Assembly: GCA_963677595.1 (NCBI GenBank)
Contig: OY782041.1
Span: 576,001-640,000 of the forward strand
Origin: Spirochaetia bacterium
GTDB lineage: Bacteria; Spirochaetota; Spirochaetia; CAKZLE01
DNA length: 64,000 nucleotides
Direction: 5' to 3'
Shown here piece after piece: positions 56,514 to 64,000 of the stretch. A model generated the notes under the pieces. That model did no database searches and had not been told where the DNA came from. It saw only the letters and a list, made by a program, of their open reading frames with translations. Each line of letters starts with the position of its first letter. The stretch's first letter is position 1. Position numbers and translations under genes: made by a program.

Positions 56514-57344
56514 CTACACCTCACTCTCTAGTTTCTCGATGGCTGCAGCTGCCTGCTCCGCACTGATTCCCATACTGTGGTTGGCCTGGATGCCTTCACC
56601 GAAGCAGTAGCCCTTACTCTTGATCGTGTCAAGCACGATCATCGAAGGCTTGTCAGTCACCTGCTGAGCCGCCTCGATCGCGGCATCAAGCGCCTGGAAA
56701 TCATGTCCGTCGATCTTCTGCACATGCCAGCCGAAGCTCTTCCATTTATCATCAAGCGGGTCCATCCCGATGATGTTGTCGCAGTAGTCGTCAAGCTGCT
56801 GCTTGTTGTAGTCGGTGAAGGCGATCAGTTTCCCCAGCTTGAACTGCGCTGCAGTCATCGCGGCTTCCCAGACCTGCCCCTCCTGGCTCTCACCGTCGCC
56901 GAGGACAAGGTAGGTGAACCGGTCTATCTTCTGGTATCGGTTCCCCATTGCGATACCCACTGCCGCAGATGAACCCTGCCCAAGGGAACCGGTAGTGAAG
57001 TCCACTCCCGGGGTCTTGTTCATATCACAGTGGCTCGGCAGGTTCGTCCCGCCCCTGTTCAGCGTATCGAGCCATTCTACGGGAAAGAATCCCTTGTCTG
57101 CCAGGGTCGCATAGACAGCAGGCCCGGAATGGCCCTTGGAGACGACGAGCTTGTCCCGATCCCGCATCTTCGGGTCCTTCGGGTCGACCTTCATCCATTT
57201 GTGGTAGAGGATCGTCAACAGTTCAACTATCGACATCGCTCCCCCGATATGGCCTGCACCAAGATTCGCGATCTCATCTATCGTCAGCTTCCTGATATCC
57301 TTCGCTTTCTTCTTCAAAGCCGTCACTTCAGCTTCATTCAGCAT
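56514..57344 (-). CDS. Transketolase N-terminal subunit (pair A)
   Basis: GHIGG, SKGH, GSLGQG and GDGESQEG motifs. Confidence 0.93.
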   Translation of the reverse strand: MLNEAEVTALKKKAKDIRKLTIDEIANLGAGHIGGAMSIVELLTILYHKWMKVDPKDPKMRDRDKLVVSKGHSGPAVYATLADKGFFPVEWLDTLNRGGTNLPSHCDMNKTPGVDFTTGSLGQGSSAAVGIAMGNRYQKIDRFTYLVLGDGESQEGQVWEAAMTAAQFKLGKLIAFTDYNKQQLDDYCDNIIGMDPLDDKWKSFGWHVQKIDGHDFQALDAAIEAAQQVTDKPSMIVLDTIKSKGYCFGEGIQANHSMGISAEQAAAAIEKLESEV

Positions 57345-57442
57345 CTATTCTCTCCTTACAACTTGTTCATTCTCTTCTGGTCTATTGAAAGAACAGGCTG
57401 CCCCCCGACGTATCAGGAGACAGCCCGTAGGCGGTTATGGTG

Positions 57443-58699
57443 TTATTTCAAACCTGCTGCTTTCTCCATCGCTGAGATAAGCGGCAGCTTCTTCCCTGAT
57501 ACATACCGGACCATGGCACCTCCTGCGGTGCAGACATAGCTCATCTTCTGTATATCCGTGAATCTGGCAGCAGCGTTCACGCTGTCCCCTCCACCGACCA
57601 CGGTAAATCCTGGGGCATCAGCGATTGCTTTCCAGATCTCTCTCGTCCCCACCTCGAAGGTGGGGTCCTCGAACACGCCCGCAGGCCCGTTCACGAAGAC
57701 TGTTCCGGCTCCATTGATGCTCTCCCGGTAGGAGGCGATCGTCTTCTCGCCGACATCGAGGTACATCAGTTCGGCAGGCATATCTGCTACTGCGATCTCT
57801 TTTCGTTCCCCGTCAGCTTCATAGGCCAGGTCTTCAGGCATCCTGATCTTCCCCGGAAATTTCTCCAGGTACTCCCGTGCAGGTGCTATGAATGTATCCA
57901 GGCCCTTCTTCGCCAGGAACTCATCGACCTTGCTGCCAAGGGACTGTCCCGAGGCGATGAGGAACACTTCCCCCGTCACCCCGCAGGTCAGGATCTCATC
58001 TGCTGTCCCGTTTGATAACACCTGCTCCATCATACCGAACGCATCCGAGATCTTCGCACCTCCAAGCACGAACACCGACGGGTGGGAAGGGGCAGTCATC
58101 ACCTGGTTCAGGGCCGATACCTCGTTAAAGAACAGCGGTCCCGCAGCACTCGGCAGCAGCTCCTGGAAGGCCACCATGCTCGGGCAGTTCCGGTGCGCAG
58201 CCGCGAACGCGTCATTGACGTAGAGGTCGAACAGCGGGGCCAATGATCTCACCAGCCAGGTGTCGAGCATCTCTTCCGGTTTCAGCTTCACCGCATCCTC
58301 GAAGGTCGAGATCTCCTCGCACAGATACCGCAGGTTCCCCAGCAGTACCGCTTCACCCTCATCGAGTGCCTCTACCGCGCTCTGCGCCATCGGCCCGCAT
58401 ACATCGTCGATGTACCTGACCTTCCGGCCGAGTTTCTGACTCAGCTTCTGCGCATGCTCTCTCAACGGGATCAGGTTCTGGTAATCGAGCGTATCCCCCT
58501 GGTGCGCGATCAACGCAAGCTTCGCCCCGTTATCGAGCAGCCACTTCACCGTCGGCACGCTCTTCTCCAGCCGGTTCTCGTTGACTATTGCCTTCGTCTT
58601 CGGGTCCACCGGGGAGTTGATGTCCACCCGCAGCAATACCCGCTTACCCGAGACATCAAATTCCTCCATCGGCTTGAACCCTAACGTATGCTCTTTCAT
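57443..58699 (-). CDS. Phosphoglycerate kinase family protein, archaeal-like, variant substrate site
   Basis: RVDINSP, NDAFAAAHR, GGAK, NGPAGVFE and GGGDS motifs; HQGD replaces HxGR. Confidence 0.9.
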   Translation of the reverse strand: MKEHTLGFKPMEEFDVSGKRVLLRVDINSPVDPKTKAIVNENRLEKSVPTVKWLLDNGAKLALIAHQGDTLDYQNLIPLREHAQKLSQKLGRKVRYIDDVCGPMAQSAVEALDEGEAVLLGNLRYLCEEISTFEDAVKLKPEEMLDTWLVRSLAPLFDLYVNDAFAAAHRNCPSMVAFQELLPSAAGPLFFNEVSALNQVMTAPSHPSVFVLGGAKISDAFGMMEQVLSNGTADEILTCGVTGEVFLIASGQSLGSKVDEFLAKKGLDTFIAPAREYLEKFPGKIRMPEDLAYEADGERKEIAVADMPAELMYLDVGEKTIASYRESINGAGTVFVNGPAGVFEDPTFEVGTREIWKAIADAPGFTVVGGGDSVNAAARFTDIQKMSYVCTAGGAMVRYVSGKKLPLISAMEKAAGLK

Positions 58700-58709
58700 C
58701 GGTGCTCTC

Positions 58710-59726
58710 TTACTTCATGCCCAGGTACTGGTTCGTTGCTGCCGTCCCCTCTTCCCTGGTCGCCTGCATCCCCATCGCGGCCCTGATCCCGTCTATGTTC
58801 TCCGGGATGACCACGGACTCCTGCGGGATGTTGATCGCGAACATGATGTCATCCCCTGACTTCACGATCGACTCTTCCCACAGCCCGATCTCATACATGT
58901 CACCTCGTGCATTCCCGATATCGCGTGCCCAGCGGAACATCGATGCGTTCCCTAAGAACCCGTCTGCCAGCTTCACCGGCATGATCCGCGGATGGTTGGA
59001 TGCCATCTCCCACAGGTCCTCTTTCGAGATGCCCTTCTTCGGTGTTGCCGTCACCGTGATGATATGCCCGTGGGTCACCGGTGTGTGCACCAGGATACCC
59101 GTACACGGGATATGGGGCATGATCGTCATCAGGTCGAGTGCCTGGTGGCTCGGTGCCTTCTCCACCTGCAGGGCATTGGTCAGCCCTCTATGGTAGTCAC
59201 CCGGGTCTGCCACCCTACGGATGATCGTGATCGCTACTTTCTCGAGTCCGACACTACGGTCGAGCATGTCCACCGCACGGATGAGCCCGGTGGTGTTGCA
59301 GCTCGTGAGCTTCAGGTAGTCTGCACCGATGCCCTGCTCGTAGTTCGCATAGCCGTGGAAGAAGACGTCTGCGATATCATTCTTCTCGCCGCCCTGGAAC
59401 ACGGCCTTGGTGCCATGCTTCACATACAGCTCCTTGTTCCGTGCGCCGATGCCGCCAGGTGAGCTGTCGAGCATGATGTCGCACTCCTGCACGAGTTCCT
59501 CGAAACTCCCTGATACCGGGATCCCGGCATCTTCTAAAGAGGTGTTCTTCGGGTCCACGTTGAACATCTTATACGGCATGCCCCGGTATTTCAGTGCCCG
59601 CACCGAGATCGTCGGGGCTATGTCGGCAACACCTACGAGCTCCATGTCTCCCTGGGCCGCAACTCCGTCTGCCAGTCGCTGCCCGATCACGCCGTATCCT
59701 GCTACTCCTACTTTGATCTTGCTCAT
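58710..59726 (-). CDS. Class II (archaeal-type) glyceraldehyde-3-phosphate dehydrogenase
   Basis: GYGVIGQR.AD, FQGGEK, SCNTTG, RR.ADP and PENID.IRA motifs. Confidence 0.92.
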   Translation of the reverse strand: MSKIKVGVAGYGVIGQRLADGVAAQGDMELVGVADIAPTISVRALKYRGMPYKMFNVDPKNTSLEDAGIPVSGSFEELVQECDIMLDSSPGGIGARNKELYVKHGTKAVFQGGEKNDIADVFFHGYANYEQGIGADYLKLTSCNTTGLIRAVDMLDRSVGLEKVAITIIRRVADPGDYHRGLTNALQVEKAPSHQALDLMTIMPHIPCTGILVHTPVTHGHIITVTATPKKGISKEDLWEMASNHPRIMPVKLADGFLGNASMFRWARDIGNARGDMYEIGLWEESIVKSGDDIMFAINIPQESVVIPENIDGIRAAMGMQATREEGTAATNQYLGMK

Positions 59727-60087
59727 CCGCTCTCCCTCCATATACTATGATTCCGTTATTGGTTACCTCATAAAAGCAATCATTTCACTCGTTGTATTCA
59801 GTATGGGGACTATGGGTACACCCAAATGGTTGGTCACATCAGACCATTTCAGAAGTGACCTTCTTCATAATCTCTGCATACTGTACTAACATCAGACATT
59901 CTGACTATATCATAAAATGACGAAAAGTCAATGAAGAATTTTCATTCAATCTAAACTCTGCTCCAATCCACATTATGAGTATTTCAACACCTTGCTAATA
60001 AAGAGTCTGAATCAAATCTCTATTGCAATGGTGCTAGTATCATCATATAATCTGAAGATACAGTTACACTTTGAGGAGTGAAAAAAA

Positions 60088-61251
60088 ATGAGGCCAATGA
60101 ATATTGGGATTATCGGACTCGGAGATATCAGTACAGCATATATCGAGAACCTGAAACAGTTTCCTCAGGTCCATCTGCTTGCCTGTGCCAGCAGGGGTAT
60201 AGAGAAGGCACGCGCTGCTGCAGGGAAGTTCGGGATCGAACGCCCGTATGCATCTGCAGACGAGCTCATTGCCGACAACGATGTGGATATCATCCTGAAC
60301 CTCACCATTCCGGCAGTACACGGCAAGTACAATATCGCAGCACTCAAGGCAGGGAAGCATCTGTATTCTGAAAAACCCCTTGCCGGCACCCTCGAGGAGG
60401 CAGACGAGATCATTACCCTGGCATCCTCCAAGGGGCTTACGGTAGGATGCGCCCCCGATACTTTTCTCGGCGGGCGGCTGCAGACTTGCAGAAAGATCAT
60501 CGATGACGGGACGATCGGGGAGATCATCGGAGCCGGGGGGTATTGCCTCTATCATGGAGTCGATACGTTCCATAATTCTCCCTTCTTCTATTTCAAGGAA
60601 GGGGCAGGTCCCCTCCTCGATATAGGCCCCTATTACATGAGTGCCCTGCTCTCCCTGATGGGGCCGGTACGGCGCTGCAGTGCCATGGCAAGGAAAGGTT
60701 CAGATACCCGTACCGTTCTCGGCGGTCCCCACAAAGGAGAGACGATCGATGTAGAGGTCGATACCCACATCATCGGGAATCTCGAGTTCACAAGCGGTGC
60801 ACTGGGGAATATCATCACCAGTTTTGATGTCTGGGATTCCGAGATGCCGCGTATCGAGATCTACGGCACGAAGGGAACGATCTGTATCCGTGATCCTGAT
60901 CCGCTTGACGGGCCGAACCTCTTCGGGGGAAACGTCCTGCTCAAGACAGAGAAGGAATACCGCTGGTATGGCTTCCCGAGAGATGACAACCCATCACCCT
61001 GGATCGATGTCCCCCTGACTCATCCCTTCGTTTCTACGAGTCATGCAAAGAACAGCCGGGGCATCGGGGTTGTCGAGATGGTCAAAGCAATCGGAGAAGG
61101 TCGTACACCCAGGGCAAGCGGTGAGCTGGCTTACCACTCGTTGGAAGTGATGCTCAAGATGCTGCGATCAGCCTCGGAGGGGAGGTTCTTCGAGATCGAC
61201 AGTACCTTCACCCTTCCTGAAGCACTGCCTGCAGACTACCTGACGCCCTAA
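60088..61251 (+). CDS. Gfo/Idh/MocA oxidoreductase
   Basis: GLGDIS, SEKP, APDTFLG and D.GPYY motifs. Confidence 0.92.
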   Translation: MRPMNIGIIGLGDISTAYIENLKQFPQVHLLACASRGIEKARAAAGKFGIERPYASADELIADNDVDIILNLTIPAVHGKYNIAALKAGKHLYSEKPLAGTLEEADEIITLASSKGLTVGCAPDTFLGGRLQTCRKIIDDGTIGEIIGAGGYCLYHGVDTFHNSPFFYFKEGAGPLLDIGPYYMSALLSLMGPVRRCSAMARKGSDTRTVLGGPHKGETIDVEVDTHIIGNLEFTSGALGNIITSFDVWDSEMPRIEIYGTKGTICIRDPDPLDGPNLFGGNVLLKTEKEYRWYGFPRDDNPSPWIDVPLTHPFVSTSHAKNSRGIGVVEMVKAIGEGRTPRASGELAYHSLEVMLKMLRSASEGRFFEIDSTFTLPEALPADYLTP

Positions 61252-61266
61252 ACAGCAGCGCTATGA

Positions 61267-62121
61267 TCATTTCCGGAACTGCGGGGGGACATCTCCCACG
61301 TTGAACCCGTGTTCATAGATATACTCAGGGGTGAACCCGATCCGGTAGTTATCATCAAGTGAGGAGATGACTGCAAGGTCATCCTCCGATAATGAGAATC
61401 CCAGGATATCATAGTTCTTACGGATTCTTTCAGCATGTGTGCTCTTTGGGAGGGCAAGGATGTCGTTCTGCAAGTGCCATCGCAGCGTGATCTGCTCAGG
61501 GCTCTTTCGGTGAGCTTCTGCCAGCTCGGCTATCTTCGGGATCTCTGAGACCCCGCCCCGCATGAGCGGCGACCATGCCTGTATGAGGATCCCCTGTTCC
61601 CTGCAGAACTCCCTGAGTTCCCTCTGCTGGAGCCTGGGGTGGAGTTCCACCTGGTTCACGGCCGGCTTGATCCTGCAGACTGACAGCAGTTCCTCCAGCT
61701 GTGCTATGCTGTAGTTACTGACTCCGATCGCTCTGACCTGCCCTTCACTGTGAAGCTGTTCGAGAGCACGCCAGGACTCGAGGGCCAGCGGTCGCGGCCA
61801 GTGGATGAGATAGAGGTCGATGTACCCGATATCGAGCTGCTCCATCGAGGAGGTGAAAGCTCTCATGGTAGCATCGTACCCAAGATCATCCATCCATACC
61901 TTAGTGGTAACGAAGACCTCCTCACGCGGGATACCGCTCTCCCGCACTGCCGCACCGACACCGGATTCGTTCTGGTAATATGATGCGGTATCGATCAACC
62001 GGTATCCAGTCTGCAGGGCTTCCCCCACGACTCGGCGAGCCTCTTCGGGGGGAACCTTGAAACTCCCGAATCCCAGTGAGGGGATCGGAATGGTGTTATA
62101 GAGAGAAAAATGAGTGTCCAA
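61267..62121 (-). CDS. Aldo/keto reductase
   Basis: DTA..Y, TTKVW, LIHWP, GVSN and LPKS motifs. Confidence 0.94.
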   Translation of the reverse strand: MDTHFSLYNTIPIPSLGFGSFKVPPEEARRVVGEALQTGYRLIDTASYYQNESGVGAAVRESGIPREEVFVTTKVWMDDLGYDATMRAFTSSMEQLDIGYIDLYLIHWPRPLALESWRALEQLHSEGQVRAIGVSNYSIAQLEELLSVCRIKPAVNQVELHPRLQQRELREFCREQGILIQAWSPLMRGGVSEIPKIAELAEAHRKSPEQITLRWHLQNDILALPKSTHAERIRKNYDILGFSLSEDDLAVISSLDDNYRIGFTPEYIYEHGFNVGDVPPQFRK

Positions 62122-62222
62122 TGATTTCTTCCTTTCTCGTGACCAGGATTTCGAGTTGGCACCTCAGGGTTCATGGGTGGTCCGGGAAAGGGGCTCTCCT
62201 CACGGAGAGTCCCTCTTTGATT

Positions 62223-63065
62223 CTATTTCTGTCCTTCAAGTACCTCATCAAGAGGGGCATCCGGCCAGATGGCAGCCTTAGGATCCATGACCCAGGCATG
62301 TTCATTGCGGAAATTCCGTGAATCAGGTCCGAATTTATCAGCAGGCAGGTGGGGAATGATCCAGATATAGTACATCGCATACCCAGGTGCTGCGCATTGG
62401 GAATGGGTGACCCCTGGCGGGATCGCATAGGTATCCCCATTCTTCACTTTGTATACGTCATCTTCAAGCTCGGCATGTCCCCAACCCTGTTCCGGGAAGA
62501 ACCGGTAGTGGTAGATCTCTCTCTGAGGATGGTCATGGGGCGGATAGCTGGACCACTTCCCCGGGAAATTTATGACCTCCCCAAGCACGAATGCTGAATC
62601 TTCCGCAGTTGCCGCATCGAAGAAAGTACGCACCAGCCGGGTACTCGTATCCTGCAGGGTCCCCTCCCCGAACCGGTCAGCACGGTACTGCCCTGGTTCC
62701 CAGAGACGCGGGTGAAACTGTTTCTCATTCACCACAGCGGTGACTGCCAGTTCGGAACGGTCGGAAAGTCCTTTCAGCTCCACTCGGGTACCAGCCGGGA
62801 CATGGAGCACTACAGGATCATCTTCCAGGACATTCACCCTTCCAGCTTCTATGGAAACCGGTCCGTCCTCCCCTGCCCAGCCCATCTGGATCGTCCCAGA
62901 CATGAGCAGGAACGCACGTTCCGTTCCCTCTTCATTCAGATAGGACTCTCCCTCACTCAGGACCAGTATCCCGAAATCTGTCATCCAATCAGCATATTCG
63001 CCGGTCATCTTCGTCACCGGTGTATACCCGGGTCCGAACTGTTTCTTCTCATTCCGTATGATCAT
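62223..63065 (-). CDS. iolB: IolB/KduI-family (5-deoxy-glucuronate isomerase-like) cupin
   Basis: WSSYPPHDH and EIYHY motifs; inositol gene context. Confidence 0.8.
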   Translation of the reverse strand: MIIRNEKKQFGPGYTPVTKMTGEYADWMTDFGILVLSEGESYLNEEGTERAFLLMSGTIQMGWAGEDGPVSIEAGRVNVLEDDPVVLHVPAGTRVELKGLSDRSELAVTAVVNEKQFHPRLWEPGQYRADRFGEGTLQDTSTRLVRTFFDAATAEDSAFVLGEVINFPGKWSSYPPHDHPQREIYHYRFFPEQGWGHAELEDDVYKVKNGDTYAIPPGVTHSQCAAPGYAMYYIWIIPHLPADKFGPDSRNFRNEHAWVMDPKAAIWPDAPLDEVLEGQK

Positions 63066-63381
63066 GAACCATCCTCCCTGCATTCTCTCATCTGTATAGC
63101 TGGTTGTGGAATACCACATGTATAAGACCAACCATGTTTTGTGTTATCATCCTATTGTCATACAATACAAACAGTATAGAGGCTGTCTGTCCTCTTGTCA
63201 AACAGGAAGATGCACGAATTCATACTTTTTATAAGAAAGCCCGAATCTCTCTTTCTCAGGGAGCAAAGGGACACAGAAAGAGAAAATCTGCTGATATCAT
63301 AAGAAATTGGTTGACTTCTTGTAATCATATTGTATGATAATCATACGTATTAAAATAAAAATACGAAAAGCGAGGATAGCT

Positions 63382-64000
63382 ATGAAATTAGGACTATGCA
63401 CAGATGTGTTGGGAGATCTTTCTTTTCCAGACATGTTGGATAAGGTCAAGTCGTATGGGATCGAGTATGTCGAGATGACTGCAGGTGGCTGGGCAGGCTG
63501 CCCGCATGTCAAGACTGCTGAACTCCTGGCTGATCCTGAGAAGCTCAAGGCATTCCAGGCAGAACTTGATAAAAGGGGAATGAAGATCGGAGCCCTCAAC
63601 TGCTCTGGAAACCCGCTTGCTCCAGGAGAACTGGGAGAGCTCCATACGAAGACATCGTATGCGACTGTTGAGCTTGCAGGCAAACTCGGTGTTAAGAAGA
63701 TCGTCATGATGTCCGGTCTGCCTGGTGGGGCTCCCGGCGATATGACACCGAACTGGATCACCTCGACCATCTCCTGGCCGGACTACATGCCGGGAGTCGT
63801 TGAATACCAGTGGAATGAGGTAGCGATCCCTTGGTGGAAGAAGTTCGTCGCACATGCTAAGGCCCATGGTGTGGAGCAGATCGCCATAGAGGAGTTCCCG
63901 AGCCAGTTGGTCTATAATGTGGAGACCCTCATGAAACTCCGCAATGCAGTGGATGACATGATCGGGATGAACCTTGATCCTTCCCATATGATCATCCTTG
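63382..64000 (+). CDS. Sugar phosphate isomerase/epimerase (xylose-isomerase-like TIM barrel), 3'-truncated by window edge
   Basis: Not in the ORF track. Translates as MKLGLCTDVLGDLSF...ALNCSGNPL...MSGLPGG...NLDPSH; GAGG RBS. Confidence 0.88.
   Translation, partial: MKLGLCTDVLGDLSFPDMLDKVKSYGIEYVEMTAGGWAGCPHVKTAELLADPEKLKAFQAELDKRGMKIGALNCSGNPLAPGELGELHTKTSYATVELAGKLGVKKIVMMSGLPGGAPGDMTPNWITSTISWPDYMPGVVEYQWNEVAIPWWKKFVAHAKAHGVEQIAIEEFPSQLVYNVETLMKLRNAVDDMIGMNLDPSHMIIL

Noticed and set aside
63394-63987. 197-aa minus-strand ORF
   Set aside because: It is the shadow of the plus-strand isomerase starting at 63382.
1-64000. CRISPR array, rRNA, prophage or integrase
   Set aside because: I saw no regularly spaced repeat-spacer units, rRNA-like tracts, phage genes or recombinase motifs.

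Overview
Bacterial chromosomal window, most likely from a free-living spirochaete (inferred from the cdaA-cdaR-acpS-truA-UDG-priA gene order, which I recall as spirochaete-like). It has three parts. (1) An accessory left part (1-16.7 kb): an MqsRA-like toxin-antitoxin (TA) operon with a third gene, a hybrid kinase/HD-GYP pair, a xanthine-dehydrogenase-family operon, and a tRNA-Gly(CCC) hotspot carrying an MNT-HEPN TA pair, an intact IS1634-family element with a 128-bp target duplication, a RelE/HigB-XRE TA pair and a degenerate tRNA copy. (2) A housekeeping core (16.7-46.6 kb): patatin, fmt, def, priA, truA, cdaAR, cls, glpK, lysC, guaAB, an ECF transporter, and an Rpn nuclease with a duplicated C-terminal cassette. 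(3) A sugar/cyclitol catabolic region (46.6-64 kb): two UroD-family proteins, iolG/iolB-like genes, two tandem split transketolases, an archaeal-type (class II) GAPDH and a PGK with an altered substrate motif. The best candidates for undescribed biology are the three-gene TA operon at 616-2096, the GAPDH-II/PGK/double-transketolase module and the Rpn cassette. All calls come from reading motifs by eye; no searches were run.
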